From contig NIVC01000086.1 of assembly GCA_002269645.1 (NCBI GenBank), positions 8,755-72,754 of the forward strand: a DNA stretch of 64,000 bases, given 5' to 3'. Source of the stretch: Macrostomum lignano. Its lineage: Eukaryota. Made by a program: the position numbers and the translations under genes. Positions 51,001 through 61,402 of the stretch are shown piece after piece. Within the stretch, counting starts at the first letter, position 1. Every line of letters begins with the position of its first letter. The notes beneath the pieces are model-generated. The model saw only the letters and a program-made list of their open reading frames with translations. It had not been told where the DNA came from and did no database searches.

Positions 51001-54000
51001 CTCGCTTCAGCCACTTCCTAAAGTGCACGCGCCACTTGCGACCGTAGCGTCGACGGTAGACCACTCGGGTGTAGTACCAGCGCCACTTGCGACCGTAGTG
51101 TCTCTTGTACCAGGTGACCTTGTGCAGGACGCGACGCTTCGGTGACGGCTTCTTCCACACTCGCTTCAGCCACTTCCTAAAGTGCACGCGCCACTTGCGA
51201 CCGTAGCGTCGACGGTAGACCACTCGGGTGTAGTACCAGCGCCACTTGCGACCGTAGTGTCTCTTGTACCAGGTGACCTTGTGCAGGACGCGACGCTTCG
51301 GTGACGGCTTCTTCCACACTCTCTTCAGCCACTTCCTAAAGTGCACGCGCCACTTGCGACCGTAGCGTCGACGGTAGACCACTCGGGTGTAGTACCAGCG
51401 CCACTTGCGACCGTAGTGTCTCTTGTACCAGGTGACCTTGTGCAGGACGCGACGCTTCGGTGACGGCTTCTTCCACACTCGCTTCAGCCACTTCCTAAAG
51501 TGCACGCGCCACTTGCGACCGTAGCGTCGACGGTAGACCACTCGGGTGTAGTACCAGCGCCACTTGCGACCGTAGTGTCTCTTGTACCAGGTGACCTTGT
51601 GCAGGACGCGACGCTTCGGCGACGGCTTCTTCCAGACCGTTTTCACCCACCTTCGGAAGTGAGATCTCCATTTAATTCCAAATTTTCGATGATAAACCAG
51701 CCGAGTGTAATACCACCTCCAATTCTTAGGATAATGCTTTTTAAACCATCTCAAAGTGTGCACTATAACGTGCGGACGTTTTGGAGCCGGACGCTTCCAC
51801 GTGTGCTTTTCCCATAGTTTAAAATGCACCCTCCACTTCCGACCAAATCGATGCTGATAAACAACTCGAGTGTAGTACCAACGCCAGTTTGTTCCATAAC
51901 GTCGCTTGAACCAACCAACCTTGTGCAGGACGCGACGCTTCGGTGACGGCTTCTTCCACACTCGCTTCAGCCACTTCCTAAAGTGCACGCGCCACTTGCG
52001 ACCGTAGCGTCGACGGTAAACCACTCGGGTGTAGTACCAGCGCCACTTGCGACCGTAGTGTCTCTTGTACCAGGTGACCTTGTGCAGGACGCGACGCTTC
52101 GGTGACGGCTTCTTCCACACTCTCTTCAGCCACTTCCTAAAGTGCACGCGCCACTTGCGACCGTAGCGTCGACGGTAGACCACTCGGGTGTAGTACCAGC
52201 GCCACTTGCGACCGTAGTGTCTCTTGTACCAGGTGACCTTGTGCAGGACGCGACGCTTCGGCGACGGCTTCTTCCAGACCGTTTTCACCCACCTTCGGAA
52301 GTGAGATCTCCATTTAATTCCAAATTTTCGATGATAAACCAGCCGAGTGTAATACCACCTCCAATTCTTAGGATAATGCTTTTTAAACCATCTCAAAGTG
52401 TGCACTATAACGTGCGGACGTTTTGGAGCCGGACGCTTCCACGTGTGCTTTTCCCATAGTTTAAAATGCACCCTCCACTTCCGACCAAATCGATGCTGAT
52501 AAACAACTCGAGTGTAGTACCAACGCCAGTTTGTTCCATAACGTCGCTTGAACCAACCAACCTTGTGCAGGACGCGACGCTTCGGTGACGGCTTCTTCCA
52601 CACTCGCTTCAGCCACTTCCTAAAGTGCACGCGCCACTTGCGACCGTAGCGTCGACGGTAGACCACTCGGGTGTAGTACCAGCGCCACTTGCGACCGTAG
52701 TGTCTCTTGTACCAGGTGACCTTGTGCAGGACGCGACGCTTCGGTGACGGCTTCTTCCACACTCGCTTCAGCCACTTCCTAAAGTGCACGCGCCACTTGC
52801 GACCGTAGCGTCGACGGTAGACCACTCGGGTGTAGTACCAGCGCCACTTGCGACCGTAGTGTCTCTTGTACCAGGTGACCTTGTGCAGGACGCGACGCTT
52901 CGGTGACGGCTTCTTCCACACTCGCTTCAGCCACTTCCTAAAGTGCACGCGCCACTTGCGACCGTAGCGTCGACGGTAGACCACTCGGGTGTAGTACCAG
53001 CGCCACTTGCGACCGTAGTGTCTCTTGTACCAGGTGACCTTGTGCAGGACGCGACGCTTCGGTGACGGCTTCTTCCACACTCGCTTCAGCCACTTCCTAA
53101 AGTGCACGCGCCACTTGCGACCGTAGCGTCGACGGTAGACCACTCGGGTGTAGTACCAGCGCCACTTGCGACCGTAGTGTCTCTTGTACCAGGTGACCTT
53201 GTGCAGGACGCGACGCTTCGGTGACGGCTTCTTCCACACTCTCTTCAGCCACTTCCTAAAGTGCACGCGCCACTTGCGACCGTAGCGTCGACGGTAGACC
53301 ACTCGGGTGTAGTACCAGCGCCACTTGCGACCGTAGTGTCTCTTGTACCAGGTGACCTTGTGCAGGACGCGAAGCTTCGGTGACGGCTTCTTCCACACTC
53401 TCTTCAGCCACTTCCTAAAGTGCACGCGCCACTTGCGACCGTAGCGTCGACGGTAGACCACTCGGGTGTAGTACCAGCGCCACTTGCGACCGTAGTGTCT
53501 CTTGTACCAGGTGACCTTGTGCAGGACGCGACGCTTCGGTGACGGCTTCTTCCACACTCGCTTCAGCCACTTCCTAAAGTGCACGCGCCACTTGCGACCG
53601 TAGCGTCGACGGTAGACCACTCGGTGTAGTACCAGCGCCACTTGCGACCGTAGTGTCTCTTGTACCAGGTGACCTTGTGCAGGACGCGACGCTTCGGTGA
53701 CGGCTTCTTCCACACTCGCTTCAGCCACTTCCTAAAGTGCACGCGCCACTTGCGACCGTAGCGTCGACGGTAGACCACTCGGGTGTAGTACCAGCGCCAC
53801 TTGCGACCGTAGTGTCTCTTGTACCAGGTGACCTTGTGCAGGACGCGACGCTTCGGTGACGGCTTCTTCCACACTCGCTTCAGCCACTTCCTAAAGTGCA
53901 CGCGCCACTTGCGACCGTAGCGTCGACGGTAGACCACTCGGGTGTAGTACCAGCGCCACTTGCGACCGTAGTGTCTCTTGTACCAGGTGACCTTGTGCAG

Positions 54001-57000
54001 GACGCGACGCTTCGGTGACGGCTTCTTCCACACTCGCTTCAGCCACTTCCTAAAGTGCACGCGCCACTTGCGACCGTAGCGTCGACGGTAGACCACTCGG
54101 GTGTAGTACCAGCGCCACTTGCGACCGTAGTGTCTCTTGTACCAGGTGACCTTGTGCAGGACGCGACGCTTCGGCGACGGCTTCTTCCAGACCGTTTTCA
54201 CCCACCTTCGGAAGTGAGATCTCCATTTAATTCCAAATTTTCGATGATAAACCAGCCGAGTGTAATACCACCTCCAATTCTTAGGATAATGCTTTTTAAA
54301 CCATCTCAAAGTGTGCACTATAACGTGCGGACGTTTTGGAGCCGGACGCTTCCACGTGTGCTTTTCCCATAGTTTAAAATGCACCCTCCACTTCCGACCA
54401 AATCGATGCTGATAAACAACTCGAGTGTAGTACCAACGCCAGTTTGTTCCGTAACGTCGCTTGAACCAACCAACCTTGTGCAGGACGCGACGCTTCGGTG
54501 ACGGCTTCTTCCACACTCTCTTCAGCCACTTCCTAAAGTGCACGCGCCACTTGCGACCGTAGCGTCGATGGTAGACCACTCGGGTGTAGTACCAGCGCCA
54601 CTTGCGACCGTAGTGTCTCTTGTACCAGGTGACCTTGTGCAGGACGCGACGCTTCGGTGACGGCTTCTTCCACACTCGCTTCAGCCACTTCCTAAAGTGC
54701 ACGCGCCACTTGCGACCGTAGCGTCGACGGTAGACCACTCGGGTGTAGTACCAGCGCCACTTGCGACCGTAGTGTCTCTTGTACCAGGTGACCTTGTGCA
54801 GGACGCGACGCTTCGGCGACGGCTTCTTCCAGACCGTTTTCACCCACCTTCGGAAGTGAGATCTCCATTTAATTCCAAATTTTCGATGATAAACCAGCCG
54901 AGTGTAATACCACCTCCAATTCTTAGGATAATGCTTTTTAAACCATCTCAAAGTGTGCACTATAACGTGCGGACGTTTTGGAGCCGGACGCTTCCACGTG
55001 TGCTTTTCCCATAGTTTAAAATGCACCCTCCACTTCCGACCAAATCGATGCTGATAAACAACTCGAGTGTAGTACCAACGCCAGTTTGTTCCGTAACGTC
55101 GCTTGAACCAACCAACCTTGTGCAGGACGCGACGCTTCGGTGACGGCTTCTTCCACACTCTCTTCAGCCACTTCCTAAAGTGCACGCGCCACTTGCGACC
55201 GTAGCGTCGACGGTAGACCACTCGGGTGTAGTACCAGCCCCACTTGCGACCGTAGTGTCTCTTGTACCAGGTGACCTTGTGCAGGACGCGACGCTTCGGT
55301 GACGGCTTCTTCCACACTCGCTTCAGCCACTTCCTAAAGTGCACGCGCCACTTGCGACCGTAGCGTCGACGGTAGACCACTCGGGTGTAGTACCAGCGCC
55401 ACTTGCGACCGTAGTGTCTCTTGTACCAGGTGACCTTGTGCAGGACGCGACGCTTCGGTGACGGCTTCTTCCACACTCGCTTCAGCCACTTCCTAAAGTG
55501 CACGCGCCACTTGCGACCGTAGCGTCGACGGTAGACCACTCGGGTGTAGTACCAGCGCCACTTGCGACCGTAGTGTCTCTTGTACCAGGTGACCTTGTGC
55601 AGGACGCGACGCTTCGGTGACGGCTTCTTCCACACTCTCTTCAGCCACTTCCTAAAGTGCACGCGCCACTTGCGACCGTAGCGTCGACGGTAGACCACTC
55701 GGGTGTAGTACCAGCGCCACTTGCGACCGTAGTGTCTCTTGTACCAGGTGACCTTGTGCAGGACGCGACGCTTCGGTGACGGCTTCTTCCACACTCGCTT
55801 CAGCCACTTCCTAAAGTGCACGCGCCACTTGCGACCGTAGCGTCGACGGTAGACCACTCGGGTGTAGTACCAGCGCCACTTGCGACCGTAGTGTCTCTTG
55901 TACCAGGTGACCTTGTGCAGGACGCGACGCTTCGGTGACGGCTTCTTCCACACTCGCTTCAGCCACTTCCTAAAGTGCACGCGCCACTTGCGACCGTAGC
56001 GTCGACGGTAGACCACTCGGGTGTAGTACCAGCGCCACTTGCGACCGTAGTGTCTCTTGTACCAGGTGACCTTGTGCAGGACGCGACGCTTCGGTGACGG
56101 CTTCTTCCACACTCGCTTCAGCCACTTCCTAAAGTGCACGCGCCACTTGCGACCGTAGCGTCGACGGTAGACCACTCGGGTGTAGTACCAGCGCCACTTG
56201 CGACCGTAGTGTCTCTTGTACCAGGTGACCTTGTGCAGGACGCGACGCTTCGGTGACGGCTTCTTCCACACTCGCTTCAGCCACTTCCTAAAATGCACGC
56301 GCCACTTGCGACCGTAGCGTCGACGGTAGACCACTCGGGTGTAGTACCAGCGCCACTTGCGACCGTAGTGTCTCTTGTACCAGGTGACCTTGTGCAGGAC
56401 GCGACGCTTCGGTGACGGCTTCTTCCACACTCGCTTCAGCCACTTCCTAAAGTGCACGCGCCACTTGCGACCGTAGCGTCGACGGTAGACCACTCGGGTG
56501 TAGTACCAGCGCCACTTGTGACCGTAGTGTCTCTTGTACCAGGTGACCTTGTGCAGGACGCGACGCTTCGGTGACGGCTTCTTCCACACTCGCTTCAGCC
56601 ACTTCCTAAAGTGCACGCGCCACTTGCGACCGTAGCGTCGATGGTAGACCACTCGGGTGTAGTACCAGCGCCACTTGCGACCGTAGTGTCTCTTGTACCA
56701 GGTGACCTTGTGCAGGACGCGACGCTTCGGTGACGGCTTCTTCCACACTCTCTTCAGCCACTTCCTAAAGTGCACGCGCCACTTGCGACCGTAGCGTCGA
56801 TGGTAGACCACTCGGGTGTAGTACCAGCGCCACTTGCGACCGTAGTGTCTCTTGTACCAGGTGACCTTGTGCAGGACGCGACGCTTCGGTGACGGCTTCT
56901 TCCACACTCGCTTCAGCCACTTCCTAAAGTGCACGCGCCACTTGCGACCGTAGCGTCGACGGTAGACCACTCGGGTGTAGTACCAGCGCCACTTGCGACC

Positions 57001-60000
57001 GTAGTGTCTTTTGTACCAGATGACCTTGTGCAGGACGCGACGCTTCGGTGACGGCTTCTTCCACACTCGCTTCAGCCACTTCCTAAAGTGCACGCGCCAC
57101 TTGCGACCGTAGCGTCGACGGTAGACCACTCGGGTGTAGTACCAGCGCCACTTGCGACCGTAGTGTCTCTTGTACCAGGTGACCTTGTGCAGGACGCGAC
57201 GCTTCGGTGACGGCTTCTTCCACACTCTCTTCAGCCACTTTCTAAAGTGCACGCGCCACTTGCGACCGTAGCGTCGACGGTAGACCACTCGGGTGTAGTA
57301 CCAGCGCCACTTGCGACCGTAGTGTCTCTTGTACCAGGTGACCTTGTGCAGGACGCGACGCTTCGGTGACGGCTTCTTCCACACTCGCTTCAGCCACTTC
57401 CTAAAGTGCACGCGCCACTTGCGACCGTAGCGTCGACGGTAGACCACTCGGGTGTAGTACCAGCGCCACTTGCGACCGTAGTGTCTCTTGTACCAGGTGA
57501 CCTTGTGCAGGACGCGACGCTTCGGTGACGGCTTCTTCCACACTCGCTTCAGCCACTTCCTAAAGTGCACGCGCCACTTGCGACCGTAGCGTCGACGGTA
57601 GACCACTCGGGTGTAGTACCAGCGCCACTTGCGACCGTAGTGTCTCTTGTACCAGGTGACCTTGTGCAGGACGCGACGCTTCGGTGACGGCTTCTTCCAC
57701 ACTCTCTTCAGCCACTTCCTAAAGTGCACGCGCCACTTGCGACCGTAGCGTCGACGGTAGACCACTCGGGTGTAGTACCAGCGCCACTTGCGACCGTAGT
57801 GTCTCTTGTACCAGGTGACCTTGTGCAGGACGCGACGCTTCGGTGACGGCTTCTTCCACACTCGCTTCAGCCACTTCCTAAAGTGCACGCGCCACTTGCG
57901 ACCGTAGCGTCGACGGTAGACCACTCGGGTGTAGTACCAGCGCCACTTGCGACCGTAGTGTCTCTTGTACCAGGTGACCTTGTGCAGGACGCGACGCTTC
58001 GGTGACGGCTTCTTCCACACTCGCTTCAGCCACTTCCTAAAGTGCACGCGCCACTTGCGACCGTAGCGTCGACGGTAGACCACTCGGGTGTAGTACCAGC
58101 GCCACTTGCGACCGTAGTGTCTCTTGTACCAGGTGACCTTGTGCAGGACGCGACGCTTCGGTGACGGCTTCTTCCACACTCGCTTCAGCCACTTCCTAAA
58201 GTGCACGCGCCACTTGCGACCGTAGCGTCGATGGTAGACCACTCGGGTGTAGTACCAGCGCCACTTGCGACCGTAGTGTCTCTTGTACCAGGTGACCTTG
58301 TGCAGGACGCGACGCTTCGGTGACGGCTTCTTCCACACTCGCCTCAGCCACTTCCTAAAGTGCACGCGCCACTTGCGACCGTAGCGTCGACGGTAGACCA
58401 CTCGGGTGTAGTACCAGCGCCACTTGCGACCGTAGTGTCTCTTGTACCAGGTGACCTTGTGCAGGACGCGACGCTTCGGTGACGGCTTCTTCCACACTCT
58501 CTTCAGCCACTTCCTAAAGTGCACGCGCCACTTGCGACCGTAGCGTCGACGGTAGACCACTCGGGTGTAGTACCAGCGCCACTTGCGACCGTAGTGTCTC
58601 TTGTACCAGGTGACCTTGTGCAGGACGCGACGCTTCGGTGACGGCTTCTTCCACACTCGCTTCAGCCACTTCCTAAAGTGCACGCGCCACTTGCGACCGT
58701 AGCGTCGACGGTAGACCACTCGGGTGTAGTACCAGCGCCACTTGCGACCGTAGTGTCTCTTGTACCAGGTGACCTTGTGCAGGACGCGACGCTTCGGTGA
58801 CGGCTTCTTCCACACTCGCTTCAGCCACTTCCTAAAGTGCACGCGCCACTTGCGACCGTAGCGTCGACGGTAGACCACTCGGGTGTAGTACCAGCGCCAC
58901 TTGCGACCGTAGTGTCTCTTGTACCAGGTGACCTTGTGCAGGACGCGACGCTTCGGTGACGGCTTCTTCCACACTCGCTTCAGCCACTTCCTAAAGTGCA
59001 CGCGCCACTTGCGACCGTAGCGTCGACGGTAGACCACTCGGGTGTAGTACCAGCGCCACTTGCGACCGTAGTGTCTCTTGTACCAGGTGACCTTGTGCAG
59101 GACGCGACGCTTCGGTGACGGCTTCTTCCACACTCGCTTCAGCCACTTCCTAAAGTGCACGCGCCACTTGCGACCGTAGCGTCGACGGTAGACCACTCGG
59201 GTGTAGTACCAGCGCCACTTGCGACCGTAGTGTCTCTTGTACCAGGTGACCTTGTGCAGGACGCGACGCTTCGGTGACGGCTTCTTCCACACTCGCTTCA
59301 GCCACTTCCTAAAGTGCACGCGCCACTTGCGACCGTAGCGTCGACGGTAGACCACTCGGGTGTAGTACCAGCGCCACTTGCGACCGTAGTGTCTCTTGTA
59401 CCAGGTGACCTTGTGCAGGACGCGACGCTTCGGTGACGGCTTCTTCCACACTCGCTTCAGCCACTTCCTAAAGTGCACGCGCCACTTGCGACCGTAGCGT
59501 CGACGGTAGACCACTCGGGTGTAGTACCAGCGCCACTTGCGACCGTAGTGTCTCTTGTACCAGGTGACCTTGTGCAGGACGCGACGCTTCGGTGACGGCT
59601 TCTTCCACACTCGCTTCAGCCACTTCCTAAAGTGCACGCGCCACTTGCGACCGTAGCGTCGACGGTAGACCACTCGGGTGTAGTACCAGCGCCACTTGCG
59701 ACCGTAGTGTCTCTTGTACCAGGTGACCTTGTGCAGGACGCGACGCTTCGGTGACGGCTTCTTCCACACTCGCTTCAGCCACTTCCTAAAGTGCACGCGC
59801 CACTTGCGACCGTAGCGTCGACGGTAGACCACTCGGGTGTAGTACCAGCGCCACTTGTGACCGTAGTGTCTCTTGTACCAGGTTGCAGTTTTAACATGTG
59901 GTTTCCCCCTCCCGCACTCGACCTGGTATTGGAGTTGATGGTTAGTTTTTTGGTATAACGGAATCCAGGCTTTACCAGAGTTGATTTTCTTTTCCCATTC

Positions 60001-61319
60001 CTTGAACTTCGTTAGAAACGTTTTTCCGTATATTTTTCTGTAGTGCCATTTCGTGTACTTTATCAGAGCTTTCTTCTTTTTGAAGACTAGGTTATAGTAA
60101 AACCAGCGGAACATCATTTCCTTCTTGTCAGCCGACAGATCCTTGTTTAAAGCTTTCCACTCTGATAAAGCACTGCTTCCTGCCTTTTTGTACCGGAAGT
60201 ACCATCGCATAAACTCATTAACATAGGCCTGGCTTCCTTCCTTATGCTTTTGCTTGATCTTCCATTTCATCCAGCTGTAAATCCAAGTCGTAGGTCGGTA
60301 TTTTTTAAAATACCACTTTACATAGTGCGGCTCCCATTTCTTGCCGTACTTTTTCTTGAATGGCAACTTCTCCCACTCGGAGAACCAGTTTTTGCCGTAT
60401 TTTTTCTTCATTTGATATTTCTCGTAGTGCGTTCTCCACTTCGAACCGAACTTCTTTTTAAACCAGCGAATGCTGTGTACATGAACAGTCACAGAACTGG
60501 TAGTAGTGTAGGCTAGTTGCGTTTCCATCAGTTTGTAATATTTCATCCAGTGCTTGTTTGTATTAAACCTGTTCAGCCACAACTTGTACTTTGGTAGGAA
60601 CTTTTTGCCGAACCGCTTCCTGTAGAACCACTTGGTGTATTTGATCAGTGCCTGCTTTTTCTGGAATACTAAATTGTAGTAAAACCAGCGGAACTTCTTC
60701 TCGCCTTCGTCCTCAGACAGGTCTTTGGTAGCGGATTTCCACGCCTCAAGCGCTTTGTCACCCTTTTTAGTGTACTTGAAGTACCACCTCATGAACTCGT
60801 CAACGTACGCCTTGCTGCCCTCTTTGTGCTTTTGTCTAAACTGCCACTTCTTCCAGCTGTAAATCCAGGTGGCCCCTCGGTATTTCCTGAAATACCACTT
60901 CACATAGTGGGGCTCCCACTTCTTCCCGTATTTCTTCTTAAATCGCAACTTCTCCCATTCCGAGAACCAGTCCTTGCCGTACTTCTTCTTCATCAAATGC
61001 TGCTCGTAGTGGATTTTCCACTTCAAACCGTAGAGCTTCTTGTACTTCCAAATTAGGAAGTGCTTCTCCCAAGCTGAGCCGAACTTCTTCTTGAAAGTAG
61101 CTCGCATTCTGTCTTCCGGAGAAACCGGGGAGCCAGTCTTGCTCTCGGTCCGGTGCAAGTAGGTCTCGAACTTGGTAGAGTCGCCATATTTATTGGTAAA
61201 CCAGGTCTTCAAATGCGTCTGCCAGCTGCCGGGGTAAAGAGTCTTGTAGTGCTTGAGGACTATGTAGAACTCCCACGCTTCGCCATAGATCTTCTTGTAG
61301 TACTGGATAGTTGAGTGGC
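45062..61319 (-). CDS. Giant terminal exon (~16.26 kb, ~5,420 aa) of a VWA-domain, Arg/Lys/Trp/Tyr-rich tandem-repeat protein
   Basis: ORFs 53563-61359 and 45062-53728 encode the same repeat and are offset by one missing G at 53623-53624 (tcggtg versus tcgggtg in other units). Splice acceptor ctctttag|GC at 61321-61320 (phase 1); stop TAA at 45064-45062. Apart from that one base the frame stays open over ~14.5 kb of repeats. The 53-aa unit is RRVLHKVTWYKRHYGRKWRWYYTRVVYRRRYGRKWRVHFRKWLKRVWKKPSPK (159 bp). Confidence 0.85.
45400..59880 (-). repeat. Coding tandem array: ~77 x 159-bp A units plus 7 x 324-bp B modules
   Basis: The 159-bp period is directly visible (e.g. cagccacttc at 58981 and 59140). 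B modules (HKVGWFKRRYGTNW...KTVWKKPSPK) lie at about 45554, 46196, 48110, 51614, 52256, 54169 and 54811. The unit count is estimated from length. Confidence 0.95.
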
Positions 61320-61402
61320 CTAAAGAGATCAATATTGGATTTTTATTTGCTGACAGCACATGTAGGCATTATTGAACAGCAAATAAATGCTTATATCCTT
61401 AC

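Noticed and set aside
45317-55014. Repeated 105-aa + strand ORFs (MHAPLATVAS...)
   Set aside because: Antisense shadows of the B modules. Useful only as markers of module positions.
45062-61319. Calling the giant protein Mlig-ap1 or a protamine
   Set aside because: It shares only K/R richness and a VWA-like domain with what I recall of ap1. I cannot verify identity without a search, and no lectin or EGF domains are visible in the window. Size, aromatic content and the VWA domain argue against a protamine. No gene symbol assigned.
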